A model generated the notes under the pieces. It did no database searches. It worked only from the letters and a program-made list of their open reading frames with translations, and was not told the origin of the DNA. From a virus (Duplodnaviria; Caudoviricetes): a stretch of 52,462 bases of DNA. The stretch is taken from positions 1-52,462 of the IMG/VR virus record IMGVR_UViG_3300042549_010209; one strand, given 5' to 3'. Positions within the stretch are counted from its first letter, which is position 1, and every line of letters starts with the position of its first letter. The translations under genes were made by a program, and so were the position numbers. Below, piece by piece: positions 17,345 through 29,069 of the stretch.

Positions 17345-18280
17345 TTAGTAGGTTGCAGAACAAAAGTGAGTCTTATGAAAAGGACACCACTTACAATTTT
17401 CATTTATTTTAGGTTGGTGTTCTACTTCTTTAAATCCGTTCCAATCAAATGCTGTTTCTACAAAATTTTCTATTGATTTAGCTACTTTATTTAATTTTAC
17501 TTTACCCGAAGCCGGTTTGAATATTTGAACACGTTTAATTACGAAATCTTCACTTTTAAATGGTTTTCGTTTTACAATCATGAATTCTATTTCAATGTTG
17601 TCTAAAGGTATATTGTATGTTTCGGAGAAATATTTTTTATATGCTATAAGTTGAAATTGTTTTTGTTCGTTTGATTTTTCTTTTTTACTCCAACCTTGTT
17701 TACTTGTTTTTATATCTATGATTTTAATTGAGTTGGTTGGTTCATGATATAAAACAATGTCTAAATATGCCTGGAATATTATGTTTGGGTATTTTGGGTG
17801 TGGGGGGAGTATAAGGGGTAATTCAATTCCGGCTAAGTGCCATCCTCGTTTGGAAAAATATTTTCCTTTGTTTTTGGATAGTTCTCTTATTATTTCTATT
17901 CCGTCTTCATAGAACTCTCTAAGTTCTCCAGGTTCAGTGAAATGTTGTTTGTTGTTGGATTTGTATTGTTTTTTGTATTCGTTACGTAAAGCTTCTTCTA
18001 GCATTTCAGATGTGTTTAATCGGTCTGCTTCGGCTCCACTTTGTTGATAAAATACAGTTAAATATGATTGGATTACCTCATGTAATGCTGTTCCAAAAAC
18101 AGTATGAATGGTAGAGGTGAATTGTTTATGTCCTTCTTTGTATTGTAGTGACCATTTTTTAGGGCACTCATTGAACATAGATAATTGGGAATATGATATT
18201 GATTTTTGGTTTGCGTAATCAATTTCCAATAAAACCTTGTTTTTTATTTCCTTTAATATAGGAGGTAACTTTTTTTTCAT
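17345..18280 (-). CDS. PD-(D/E)XK (RecB/Cas4-like) exonuclease
   Basis: SYSQ...CP, FGTALH, LD...IIDIKT, QLIAY, CKWCPF..C. Confidence 0.88.
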   Translation of the reverse strand: MKKKLPPILKEIKNKVLLEIDYANQKSISYSQLSMFNECPKKWSLQYKEGHKQFTSTIHTVFGTALHEVIQSYLTVFYQQSGAEADRLNTSEMLEEALRNEYKKQYKSNNKQHFTEPGELREFYEDGIEIIRELSKNKGKYFSKRGWHLAGIELPLILPPHPKYPNIIFQAYLDIVLYHEPTNSIKIIDIKTSKQGWSKKEKSNEQKQFQLIAYKKYFSETYNIPLDNIEIEFMIVKRKPFKSEDFVIKRVQIFKPASGKVKLNKVAKSIENFVETAFDWNGFKEVEHQPKINENCKWCPFHKTHFCSATY

Positions 18281-18293
18281 TACCTAAAGATAC

Positions 18294-18320
18294 AAAAAAA
18301 GCCTGCCAGAGGCAAGCTTT
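18294..18320 (-). terminator. Repeated terminator hairpin overlapping a promoter (copy 1)
   Basis: AAGCTTGCC-TCT-GGCAGGCTT-T tract; CTTG-N20-TATCTTTA at 18285-18316. Confidence 0.8.
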
Positions 18321-18405
18321 CTTTAAATTTTTGAAATTACCTTGATAGCGACAAGAAGATAATCTCTTGCTATAACTAGCAAACGGTCCTAAGCCGTGTT
18401 TTGAA

Positions 18406-18639
18406 TTATTTAATGATTCCCGCTCTAACTTGGAGCATTCTACGTTCATTCATTTCTTCTTGAGATCCAATAATAGCTGCATAATCTATCATCCCTAAAG
18501 CTTCTCCTACGGAGCTAAGGGAAATTACATTTTCTGCAACGCGATGTAAATCCATATCGTCTTTTGCATCCTCTCTAGCATATTCGAGTAAACGAATAAA
18601 TAAAGGAACGTCTAGTTTGATTATGTCTTTTGGGTTCAT
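18406..18639 (-). CDS. Small acidic protein, possible virion/internal head protein
   Basis: Ends RRMLQVRAGIIK, a motif shared with neighbouring late-cassette proteins. Confidence 0.75.
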   Translation of the reverse strand: MNPKDIIKLDVPLFIRLLEYAREDAKDDMDLHRVAENVISLSSVGEALGMIDYAAIIGSQEEMNERRMLQVRAGIIK

Positions 18640-18640
18640 A

Positions 18641-19150
18641 TTAATTTAATTCTAATTCTTCTGCAGGATATAACTCTTCTTCACCATTATGATCCACTTT
18701 ATACCAAGGACCATTTAAAGCGCTTTCATCATATGCGTCTGCATCTACTTCATAATATCCAATATCTTCTGATGGGATTGAATTAAAATTAGGATAAACT
18801 TTAGTGATCATACCTTCGTCTGTTTCTGCAGAAGCATCTAAAGGGGCAGTAATTCTAATAGTATCACCAACTTTAAACATGTTTCCTTCCATTTCTTCAC
18901 CTTCTTCTAGATCTTGTTCTCTGTTTTCAAATTTAGTTTCGTATCTTTCACTTAAGAAATGTTCAAAAGCATCTTCGTATGATTCTTTTTCACGTTTAGC
19001 AAATGGGCTATTAATAGCACCCATTCCAACAAAGTTTTCATTTAGTGATTCTTTATTTTCAGATGTCTCGTTTTCTTGCAATTTTGCTTTGTATTCACTT
19101 TCTGTGATTATACCTGAAAGCATTTGCATACGTAATTGTTCGTTTGTCAT
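18641..19150 (-). CDS. Acidic late protein with C-terminal SH3-like segment
   Basis: MTNEQLRMQMLSGIITESEYK leader; FKVGDTIRI..G.ITKV..YKV..YPAEEL; late motif at 19166-19174. Confidence 0.75.
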   Translation of the reverse strand: MTNEQLRMQMLSGIITESEYKAKLQENETSENKESLNENFVGMGAINSPFAKREKESYEDAFEHFLSERYETKFENREQDLEEGEEMEGNMFKVGDTIRITAPLDASAETDEGMITKVYPNFNSIPSEDIGYYEVDADAYDESALNGPWYKVDHNGEEELYPAEELELN

Positions 19151-19173
19151 TTTTAAGTATTTTATTATAAATA

Positions 19174-19398
19174 TTATAAACCTTTTGTTTCTACGGTTTT
19201 TTTCAATTTTTCCAGGTATAATATAGCATCCATATGTTCTTGTTTGGCATGCTCAATCCATTCCAAAACACTTAAATCTTCACGATCTAAATCTACTCCA
19301 TATTTTTGTTTACCAAATGTTGCTCTTTGTACAAACTGGTCAATAATTGAATCAACTACTGAATCTGTTTGGTTTATTAGTCTAAATACTTTATTCAT
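19174..19398 (-). CDS. Small MazG-like all-alpha NTP pyrophosphatase-like protein
   Basis: G..KYG..L.R.D....W..HA.QE.MDAILY pattern. Confidence 0.5.
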   Translation of the reverse strand: MNKVFRLINQTDSVVDSIIDQFVQRATFGKQKYGVDLDREDLSVLEWIEHAKQEHMDAILYLEKLKKTVETKGL

Positions 19399-19399
19399 A

Positions 19400-19828
19400 T
19401 TATTTTAATAGTTTTTTTATTTCTTTGTCGTCTAATCCCATGTCATGGAGTATTCTTTGAACACCATGTTCACGTAAAATGTCAATATATTCTTCGGCTT
19501 CGCCTAAACCACATTCAAAGTATTTTGCTACATATTCTACCAATGTAGTTGGTTTTTTCTTAGTGGTTGATTTAGTCCACTTGAAAAACATTTTACGTTT
19601 TGGGATCATTTCTTTGTAAATCGAGTATATTTGTTTCTTTTGATCATATGGTACAGTTTGGACAAAATTAACCAATTCAATAAAATTTTGATTCATTGAA
19701 ATAGAACGGTTAACTGTATAGCTATTCCAATTGTCCCAAGACTCCTCTGAAATATCTTCAATAGGAGTCTTAAAGTAGGCAATTTCATCTATCCATTTCC
19801 AAACTGTAGGGATATGTTTTTTAGACAT
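19400..19828 (-). CDS. gp62: Clamp loader small subunit (T4 gp62-like)
   Basis: Y.VNRSIS...IPKRKMFFKW.K...VAKYFE....AEEYIDIL; near gp44-like gene. Confidence 0.7.
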   Translation of the reverse strand: MSKKHIPTVWKWIDEIAYFKTPIEDISEESWDNWNSYTVNRSISMNQNFIELVNFVQTVPYDQKKQIYSIYKEMIPKRKMFFKWTKSTTKKKPTTLVEYVAKYFECGLGEAEEYIDILREHGVQRILHDMGLDDKEIKKLLK

Positions 19829-20063
19829 CTAAAGTAATATCTTTATATTCGTCACGGATTTCTTTTGGAAGTGAATCTGCTAAGATTTTCTTTGATTCCA
19901 AATCGTAAAATACAGGGATAGGCATAAGCATATCTTCGTCTGTTCCTGTAATGAATTTAGATACTTTACGGATTACTACGGCTTGTCCGAATAATTTACC
20001 TCCATCAAATCCTTCTATGGATGTTGTGTTTTGAAAGTCAATGTTCAATTTTGGTTGTTCCAT
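19821..20063 (-). CDS. Hypothetical protein in clamp-loader operon
   Basis: 80-aa ORF, overlaps the gp62-like start. Confidence 0.75.
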   Translation of the reverse strand: MEQPKLNIDFQNTTSIEGFDGGKLFGQAVVIRKVSKFITGTDEDMLMPIPVFYDLESKKILADSLPKEIRDEYKDITLDV

Positions 20064-20071
20064 TTTATTTA

Positions 20072-20275
20072 TTATTTATTTGTTTTTTCTTTTTTATATT
20101 CTATAAAGTCATGTATAAACCCAGCTGCAACTATTATGTTCATTCCAAGCGATACTATTATTTCATGTATATCTTGGTAAACAGTTGTCATTAAATGAAT
20201 ATGTCCTACTGTCCAAAAAGGTACGGACAGATTTTGAGATACCCACGAAAGAGTGTATTTTACAAAATATTTCAT
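20072..20275 (-). CDS. Small membrane protein
   Basis: Two hydrophobic segments and a basic tail. Confidence 0.6.
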   Translation of the reverse strand: MKYFVKYTLSWVSQNLSVPFWTVGHIHLMTTVYQDIHEIIVSLGMNIIVAAGFIHDFIEYKKEKTNK

Positions 20276-21195
20276 ATTACATCTATAATCTTTGCAATTG
20301 CAGACATTACATTTATTTCTTTATCTATTCTAAAATTTGATTGATATAAATGCTCGTTTAGTATAATTGCAACAGATCCCTCTTTACCTGGAGCGTATTT
20401 GGGGGCATATTCAAATAGGTTACGATATAGTTCCTCAAAGTCTTTAACGTTTGAATCTGCTATAATTTGTCTAATTGTAAGCCATTTTTTACTACCTGCT
20501 AGTTCTTTCAATACCTCTTTAATGTAGTTGTTTGAGGTTAAGATTGTTTCGTCAAGTACAACTTCATCGTCTTTTACAGACATTTGTAAAACGTTTAACA
20601 TTTTACGCATGTCGGGATAGTATTTTACAATTAGTGATTTAATGTCTTCTGGTTTGTAAGATACACTAAGTTGATCTGCTAAAATACAAGTTAAATGGTT
20701 ATACACATCCATTTTAGATGGTGGTGTAATTTTAATTGTGTGGCATCTGGATTGTAGAGGATCAATTATTCGCTCTATAAAGTTACAAGTTAAAATAAAA
20801 CGTGTTGAACGAGAGAAGGTTTCAATTACATTACGTAATGCGGCTTGTCCTTGAACTGTAATGAAATCGGCTTCATCTAGGATTACTACTTTGATACCTT
20901 TCCAAGATGCAGCACTAGCAAACCCCTTTACTTTTTCTCTAATAGTGTCGATTCCATTTTCGTCGGATGCGTTTATATAAAGGTAATCACAATCTAGATT
21001 TTTAACTATGATTTTAGCTAATGTTGTTTTACCTGTACCTGCAGGTCCATAAAATATAAAATTTTGGATATCACCTTGATCAAGGTATTTTTGGATTGTG
21101 TCTTTGATGTTTTCGTTACCAACATAGTATTTCAGTTCGGTAGGGCGAAAACGTTCTACATATAACGTATTTTCTTTCATAACCATATTATACAA
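20272..21195 (-). CDS. gp44: Clamp loader large subunit (RFC AAA+, T4 gp44-like)
   Basis: ERFRP, GPAGTGKTT, NASDE, DEAD, SRC; real start may be 21186 or 21180. Confidence 0.93.
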   Translation of the reverse strand: MYNMVMKENTLYVERFRPTELKYYVGNENIKDTIQKYLDQGDIQNFIFYGPAGTGKTTLAKIIVKNLDCDYLYINASDENGIDTIREKVKGFASAASWKGIKVVILDEADFITVQGQAALRNVIETFSRSTRFILTCNFIERIIDPLQSRCHTIKITPPSKMDVYNHLTCILADQLSVSYKPEDIKSLIVKYYPDMRKMLNVLQMSVKDDEVVLDETILTSNNYIKEVLKELAGSKKWLTIRQIIADSNVKDFEELYRNLFEYAPKYAPGKEGSVAIILNEHLYQSNFRIDKEINVMSAIAKIIDVI

Positions 21196-21220
21196 AAAAA
21201 GCCTGCCAGAGGCAAGCTTT
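21194..21220 (-). terminator. Repeated terminator hairpin overlapping a promoter (copy 2)
   Basis: 31 nt (21190-21220) identical to 18290-18320. Confidence 0.8.
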
Positions 21221-21226
21221 TCTTTT

Positions 21227-21607
21227 TTATTCTGAATATCTTTGTGATCTGTAATATGCTTTTTCTAGAGTTTCACCTGGTCCTCTATCTCTAGATTTTC
21301 CACCTACATCACCAACTGCAACTTGATACATTGGGTCGTTTATTAACGAATCCATTGTTGCTTTTACTTTAGCTAAGTAATCTTTATACCCTTCGGATAT
21401 TTTGATTAGTTCTTCTCTTTCTTCTGGGGTGTTAAAGAAACGTCCTAGGTTTCCACTTCCATCTGCTTCCATTTTGTCAGCATTTTTTCTAGTGAATAAA
21501 CCAACTTGTGAAATCATTTGACCTGCATTGTAATACAAATCTGTTCCTTCTGCTTCGTTTAGCTTACTTTCAGCTAAATACTTTTTTAAATCAAAATTGT
21601 CTATCAT
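21227..21607 (-). CDS. Late hypothetical protein, possible internal head protein
   Basis: MIDNFDLKKYLAESKLNEAE leader. Confidence 0.75.
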   Translation of the reverse strand: MIDNFDLKKYLAESKLNEAEGTDLYYNAGQMISQVGLFTRKNADKMEADGSGNLGRFFNTPEEREELIKISEGYKDYLAKVKATMDSLINDPMYQVAVGDVGGKSRDRGPGETLEKAYYRSQRYSE

Positions 21608-22563
21608 AGTCCTGCTATTTTTCTCATTCTATACATTCCATAATCAAAATCAACTTCTTCTTTCAATGTTGATTTTTTAACTAAAAGTTTTTGTCTTTGG
21701 TCTTTTGAAATACCTGTTACAATTACTTTATATTTTCTTTCACCGTTTATATCAATTGGTTCAATTTCGTATTTGGCTGTTGGAACTTCTCCAATTTCTT
21801 TACGTAGTAAATCTCTGAATTTGTCTGCTTTGTCTTTTGTATCTGTAGTTACAGTTAAAGGTGGTACCTCTTCTGCTTTTGCTTTTTCTACTGTTTTAGG
21901 TGCTTCACCTCCATCCTGTTCTACATCCACTAGTTGGTATTCAACTTTAGCATTGTCCATGATTGTTTTCAATACTTTAGACAAATATGGTTTTGTTTTG
22001 TATGGATTTTCAAGTGTGTATGGGAAAACAATTTTTCCATCTTTTACTATATAGTGAATATCTTGTTCCAATTTACCACCATATTTTTTCAAATTGTCAG
22101 GTGTTTTCATTGGGTAATAGTTAGCACCATATTTTCCAATAATATCTTTTGGAAGTAATTTACCGGATAATGTAAATAAATAGTCGTTTATGCTACCATC
22201 GTTTCCTTCAGCTTGCCATTTTTCGTATCCAGCTTGTGCTTCAGCTTCAGCTTTTGTCCACGCTTCTGGTACTCTGTTTTTGATATCAATTATTTTGAAT
22301 GCTTTTTCGTCGTCTGAACGTGTATCCCAGTCTTTCCAAGCAGCTCCAGCTTTTTGTGCAGGAATTGAAGGTCCAAATGCTTTTTTAATAGCTTCAGGAT
22401 TTCGCATGTTTTGTGCGTAAATACCGTAGTTTTTAACGTCATCCATTGCTTGCAACGCAGCATCTAAATTTGTGGGTTGAACGGCAAGATCGTAACGAAC
22501 CTTTAATTGGTTCATTCCATCTTCATCACCTTCAATTTCACGTAGTATATCAGTCAATTTCAT
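21604..22563 (-). CDS. Late hypothetical protein, possible virion protein
   Basis: MKLTDILREIE leader, C-terminal YRMRKIAGL, late motif at 22567-22575. Confidence 0.75.
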   Translation of the reverse strand: MKLTDILREIEGDEDGMNQLKVRYDLAVQPTNLDAALQAMDDVKNYGIYAQNMRNPEAIKKAFGPSIPAQKAGAAWKDWDTRSDDEKAFKIIDIKNRVPEAWTKAEAEAQAGYEKWQAEGNDGSINDYLFTLSGKLLPKDIIGKYGANYYPMKTPDNLKKYGGKLEQDIHYIVKDGKIVFPYTLENPYKTKPYLSKVLKTIMDNAKVEYQLVDVEQDGGEAPKTVEKAKAEEVPPLTVTTDTKDKADKFRDLLRKEIGEVPTAKYEIEPIDINGERKYKVIVTGISKDQRQKLLVKKSTLKEEVDFDYGMYRMRKIAGL

Positions 22564-22577
22564 AATTATAAATATGT

Positions 22578-22607
22578 AAAAAAGGAGACCCGTTACTGAG
22601 GGTCTCC
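22578..22607 (-). terminator. Rho-independent terminator after groESL operon
   Basis: GGAGACCC-loop-GGGTCTCC-TTTTTT. Confidence 0.85.
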
Positions 22608-22853
22608 ATATATGTTAAAGCGTTTAACTGGTTCGGGTTGAATTTCTTTCTCTTCGTTTCGTATAACATAAAGTTTACTATCTAAAGGAGATAAACGGAA
22701 TTCAGCCTTTATTTGATTTTTTTCAAACCATGCCTCTAAAGCATCAGTAAGTGACTTGTGAATCACTTTACTTTTATCTCCCACGAGTGTCCAGGAATCT
22801 CCTGGAGGTACTCGTGTTGCGATAAGTTCATTATATTCTATTACTTGTAGCAT
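22593..22853 (-). CDS. Hypothetical protein
   Basis: 86-aa ORF downstream of groEL. Confidence 0.7.
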   Translation of the reverse strand: MLQVIEYNELIATRVPPGDSWTLVGDKSKVIHKSLTDALEAWFEKNQIKAEFRLSPLDSKLYVIRNEEKEIQPEPVKRFNIYGDPQ

Positions 22854-22856
22854 ATA

Positions 22857-24776
<1,920 letters not shown>

Positions 24777-24780
<4 letters not shown>

Positions 24781-25133
24781 AATTCTATTTTGTTTAACAT
24801 TGTTTCCATTCCTTCTTTAACTGTGTTCCAAGTATCAATATATTCTTGGATAGATTCATATTCATTTTGATTTTGGTAGAATTTTTCTTTGGCAATACGA
24901 TTTAACGCATTTCTAAAGTTACTGTAGTAACCTAATGTTTTTTCAATTTCTTTACCAGTTGCTTCTTTCCCAGCAAACCCTCTAGTTGAAACAGATTTTT
25001 CTATTACTGTAAAATTGGTTGAATCTTTGACAATATAAAATGGTTCCATTGCAGGATCCTTAATTGTACATAAGTTGGATTGTGTGTCATTCTCGTCTCT
25101 AGCGGGACGACCGCGTCGTTTGGTTTCTTCCAT
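24777..25133 (-). CDS. Hypothetical protein with AT-hook-like RRGRP
   Basis: 118-aa ORF heading the groESL operon. Confidence 0.75.
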
Positions 25134-25155
25134 AACTAAATTTAAATTTATAACT

Positions 25156-25202
25156 ATAATATACGAAAACTAATTTGGATATCCAAATTTTATTATACAT
25201 AT
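25156..25202 (-). promoter_or_regulatory. Tandem host-type promoter (25156-25187) and late motif (25194-25202) for groESL operon
   Basis: TTTG-N20-TATATTAT and ATATGTATA. Confidence 0.6.
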
Positions 25203-25936
25203 TAGAAAGCACTTTCCTCTCTGCGAACCATATAGTAAGTACTGGTTGTGTCTTCTGATTTGAATTCAAGTTTCATTAAACCTTGATAGCTAATCCAAAT
25301 ACATCCATCTTCTAGGTCTTTATTTTCCTTTAGTATGTTTTTGAACATATCTGAATTGAATGGGATTTCGATTTTTTCCTGTTTGATTTTACCATACATT
25401 TGGTATGTGATTTTATTGTTATGTCCTTGTTCGTCTCCGAAAGTAAACACACACATATCATCTCCATTTAAGTCTTTATCAACAGAAATAGCCATTGAAC
25501 CAATACCTGCTAAAGCCGATTTAGCTTTAACTAAATTATCAACGTGTTCTTTTTCTAAAGGTAAACATGCATCCCATTCTGGTTCTGTAGCCGTAGCTAC
25601 TTTTCCAATTAATAAAGGATCAGCTAAAGCATAAGTTAAATTAAATGAACTGTCAGCAAAATGCATTTTAGTGTAAACGGATCTGCCTTTCTCTAAACTA
25701 AACATCAAATCACCTGAAGTGATTCCAATTAAATTTAATAATTTTTTAGTGTCAAATATAGCTAATTCACTGTCTTCAATATCAATATTGTTGTGAGTGA
25801 TTTTACCTATTACCTCTTTTGAAATTGACATAAAGTCAATTGTTAAGGTTTTGTCTTTGATTTTCCACCTAACGGATTCGTTTTCGCCTAGGTAGTATTT
25901 GTTTATAACCGATTGTAGAACTAATTTATTTACCAT
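25202..25936 (-). CDS. gp45: Sliding clamp (T4 gp45/PCNA-like)
   Basis: 244 aa, LAIFDTKKLL, YALADP.LI, GLMKLEF..STYYMV; lies between PolB and clamp loader. Confidence 0.8.
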   Translation of the reverse strand: MVNKLVLQSVINKYYLGENESVRWKIKDKTLTIDFMSISKEVIGKITHNNIDIEDSELAIFDTKKLLNLIGITSGDLMFSLEKGRSVYTKMHFADSSFNLTYALADPLLIGKVATATEPEWDACLPLEKEHVDNLVKAKSALAGIGSMAISVDKDLNGDDMCVFTFGDEQGHNNKITYQMYGKIKQEKIEIPFNSDMFKNILKENKDLEDGCIWISYQGLMKLEFKSEDTTSTYYMVRREESAF

Positions 25937-25950
25937 GTGTTAAAGATAAG

Positions 25951-25977
25951 AAAAAGCCTGCCGGTAGGCAAGCTTTT
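25951..25977 (-). terminator. Repeated terminator hairpin overlapping a promoter (copy 3)
   Basis: AAGCTTGCC-TACC-GGCAGGCTTTTT; CTTG-N20-TATCTTTA at 25941-25972. Confidence 0.8.
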
Positions 25978-25997
25978 CTATAAGAGTTTATTTAAAT

Positions 25998-26303
25998 TTA
26001 ATAAGCTAGATTTGAAATAAAATCAGATAACTCTGGACTAATGTCAACTGCATCGTAATCATCTCCAAATTCTACTACTAATTCTTCTTCAAAATCTTCT
26101 TCAAAAAATCCAGCATTTTGAAGATCTTCTATTTCTTCTTCAGAATACTCGTTCATTATCTCATTTAATCTTTTGATAACATATCGTTTAGTAGTTGCAT
26201 CTAAAGGAATTGTAGGATTTTCTTCTTCTTCTATTTTTTCTTTATATTGGCTTTCTGTAATTACTCCAGCCAACATTTGCATACGTAGTTGCTCTTGTGT
26301 CAT
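25998..26303 (-). CDS. Very acidic late protein sharing its leader with 18641-19150
   Basis: MTQEQLRMQMLAGVITESQYK; start reassigned to 26303, late motif at 26318-26326. Confidence 0.75.
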   Translation of the reverse strand: MTQEQLRMQMLAGVITESQYKEKIEEEENPTIPLDATTKRYVIKRLNEIMNEYSEEEIEDLQNAGFFEEDFEEELVVEFGDDYDAVDISPELSDFISNLAY

Positions 26304-26325
26304 TTCAATTATTTTATTATACATA

Positions 26326-29055
26326 TTATGAAAAGTTAAAAAATTTAGCTTTAAATGGGTTAAGAGCAAGTTCCCAACCTATATCAGAGTAAAGGGTTTC
26401 TAATTTGTTTCGCATCACACTATCAAATAAACCATCGCGATCAATATATTTGTTGATCAATTCAGTTATGTCATCTGGATCGTTATAGCCGTTATAGCCT
26501 ATAGCATCAATTTGGTATGGGTTTGATTTTAGATTAGCTATATACATTTTATCTCCAATTGTAAATTCAGGATATTTGACATTGAGTTTCTTGTATTTCA
26601 AGAAATCATTATATCTAATGGCTGCTTTAGTATTTACCGGACATTTTAATTTTAATTTAGTAAATAATTCACCAGGCATTGGTCTGCGTTCAATGTATTC
26701 ACCCATTTTCTTCAATCCAGTTGGTTTGAGTAATTTGATCCATTCAATTTCACCTACCATTTTCTTGAATTCCATTACGTCTTTGTCTATATCTGTTTTA
26801 GATTTACCAAATAGGATATTTTTAATTAAATTTTCTCCAAAGTCTCTAAATAGGGGAGGGAAATTTGATTTCATAATGTCCAATCCCTTCATCTCTAGTT
26901 CCTCAAGTGACACACCCTCTTTGTTTACAATATACATTGCATAACGACGTTTTCCCGACCAATACGCTTTTTCAGCGATTACCTCTTGCTTCAACACAAA
27001 GTGATGTTTACCATTCATATTGAACAGATCCTGCGATATACTATTTAAATTATCGTTTGCTACTTGTTGGAGTTCTTCTGTTAATGTAAGTAAACGGCTA
27101 ATTTTTTCTTCACGATCTTCGTATTTTAAATCTGGGTTTCTGTGTTTTAGCAGGTCAGTTAATTCCATATACAGGGAATCTGTATCGGATGCAATTACAA
27201 ATGTTTTTGGTTCAATTTCAAGTTGATCTGAAATGTATTGGTTTACAAATGTAATGGATTCCTTCGTAAGTCTCTGTCCGCTGTTTGTAATAGCAGCAGA
27301 ACATATTTTAAATCCATCTGTAAAACGCCAAGAATTAATTGCGTACGTACCATATAATGCATTTTGTAAGATTTTAAATGCCATTTGGTACAAGTCATAT
27401 AATTTATAATTTGCCCAATCTTCTTGTTTACCTGCAGTTTTCTTAAGTGCTCTATAGTGTTCTCGTTTATCAAACCAATCCTCTAGTACTTCACATGCTA
27501 TACTTTTAATATCGGTTCTAAAAAATGCTCCACTAGCCGATATTGTCCATTCATTGTCTTCAATTAACTTAATTAAAGCACCAATAGCTATAGTAGCATC
27601 CTTTAACTTGTATGAATGTTTATTTAATTTTTGAATATGGATTTTTTCTTCGGGGTCACGTTGTTTTAGTTGCTCAAGTGAATTGTACTGTTCGTAATTG
27701 TTTTTTGTAACGATTCTACCAACCAATGTTTCCACACCCAAATTCAATGATTTAATAATCGAAGGATATAGTGAGGTAAAGTCAAGGTCACTTACGTCTG
27801 AATATAACCCAGGTATAGGGTCGAGTAAATATCCTCCAGCATATGAATCTTTTTTACGGATTGATTTTGGAAAACGATTAATAAACTTACCAGCTGCTGT
27901 TTTAACGATGATTTGATCTTTGTCTATGTTGTATACAACACCTTCAATAGTTGGGGTACCTCGTTGATGTATAACGTGATCTCCAATTTCCAACTCTCTA
28001 ATTGTAGGGTTGGTTGTTGTTGGTTTATTTGGAGCAATTATACCTTTACGTTTTAAATAAGTTAAAATAGCACCTTCGTTCAATGTAGTATTGTAGTAAA
28101 TTGCTTCGTAAGGTGTATGGCATAGATGGGAAATCAAAATAGTTAACTCAATAAATTTCTGTTTTTCCTCTAGCGCCTCTATAATTTCAACATCTCGAAT
28201 GTTATAGTCTATAAATTTATTTGGATCTTCTCTAAATAACGTATCTAAATTACCATTGTATTCTATTTTCCCCATCTTAGCGTACTTGGTTCCAATGTCA
28301 CCTAATTTGTACGAGGATTCTTCCTTCATAATATACTTACGAAGCAACAACATATAATCTAAACTACTAACTAAACCAATTTTAATTGGGGAATTTGGTT
28401 GAGATAATGTTTCTGTAATCTTTTTTATTGGAGATAAACGATATACATCATCTCCTAGACGTTTTTTAATTCTGTAATATAAATACGGGATATCAAAGAA
28501 ATCACTATTGTATCCTACTACAATTGTAGGGTCCATTTCTTCCCATTTATTTAAAAACTTACGTAATAGTGTATTTTCGTCTTTACAAGGTATAACCTTC
28601 TTACCATCTGAATCGATTTCCTCTATTTTACTTTGTTTATCTAAAATAAAACATATTTTCTCCTTGGTTGAAGTATCAATTAAAGCAATTGCTGTTATTT
28701 CAGCATTTGCCTCTCTAATTGTTTGTGGGGTAAGTGCACCTAGAATTTCAATCTCAATATCCAGATAAACTGTATTGTGATATGAAGGCATTTCATCAGT
28801 TTCTGAATATAAATCTCGAAGTAAGACTAGTTCACGGTCAATATCTTTTTCAAGTATAGTTGGATCGTTTCTGTCATATCTTCCATTGATGGGAGAACAC
28901 TTATCACCAAATAGTGTTTCGTGTTCTCCATATTCATCTAATTTGTATAAAGTAGGCCAATATTGGAATTGGTGGATTCCTTTTTTATCATCACGTAGAT
29001 AATAATGGTATTGGTCTTCACCGGGGAGGCGATTGTAAAAAACTGATTGGTACAA
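26326..29055 (-). CDS. gp43: DNA polymerase family B (T4 gp43-like)
   Basis: ExoI DIE, ExoII YNSDFFD, DFTSLYPS, K..QNALYG, SDTDS, KRRY; TTG start. Confidence 0.96.
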   Translation of the reverse strand: MYQSVFYNRLPGEDQYHYYLRDDKKGIHQFQYWPTLYKLDEYGEHETLFGDKCSPINGRYDRNDPTILEKDIDRELVLLRDLYSETDEMPSYHNTVYLDIEIEILGALTPQTIREANAEITAIALIDTSTKEKICFILDKQSKIEEIDSDGKKVIPCKDENTLLRKFLNKWEEMDPTIVVGYNSDFFDIPYLYYRIKKRLGDDVYRLSPIKKITETLSQPNSPIKIGLVSSLDYMLLLRKYIMKEESSYKLGDIGTKYAKMGKIEYNGNLDTLFREDPNKFIDYNIRDVEIIEALEEKQKFIELTILISHLCHTPYEAIYYNTTLNEGAILTYLKRKGIIAPNKPTTTNPTIRELEIGDHVIHQRGTPTIEGVVYNIDKDQIIVKTAAGKFINRFPKSIRKKDSYAGGYLLDPIPGLYSDVSDLDFTSLYPSIIKSLNLGVETLVGRIVTKNNYEQYNSLEQLKQRDPEEKIHIQKLNKHSYKLKDATIAIGALIKLIEDNEWTISASGAFFRTDIKSIACEVLEDWFDKREHYRALKKTAGKQEDWANYKLYDLYQMAFKILQNALYGTYAINSWRFTDGFKICSAAITNSGQRLTKESITFVNQYISDQLEIEPKTFVIASDTDSLYMELTDLLKHRNPDLKYEDREEKISRLLTLTEELQQVANDNLNSISQDLFNMNGKHHFVLKQEVIAEKAYWSGKRRYAMYIVNKEGVSLEELEMKGLDIMKSNFPPLFRDFGENLIKNILFGKSKTDIDKDVMEFKKMVGEIEWIKLLKPTGLKKMGEYIERRPMPGELFTKLKLKCPVNTKAAIRYNDFLKYKKLNVKYPEFTIGDKMYIANLKSNPYQIDAIGYNGYNDPDDITELINKYIDRDGLFDSVMRNKLETLYSDIGWELALNPFKAKFFNFS

Positions 29056-29069
29056 AACTTTTATTTATT

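Noticed and set aside
17345-18280. Cas4 as part of a CRISPR-Cas system
   Set aside because: No other cas genes or array; standalone PD-(D/E)XK nucleases are common in phages
26326-29055. Intein or intron in PolB
   Set aside because: Continuous ORF; the insertion lacks C/S...HN termini and endonuclease motifs
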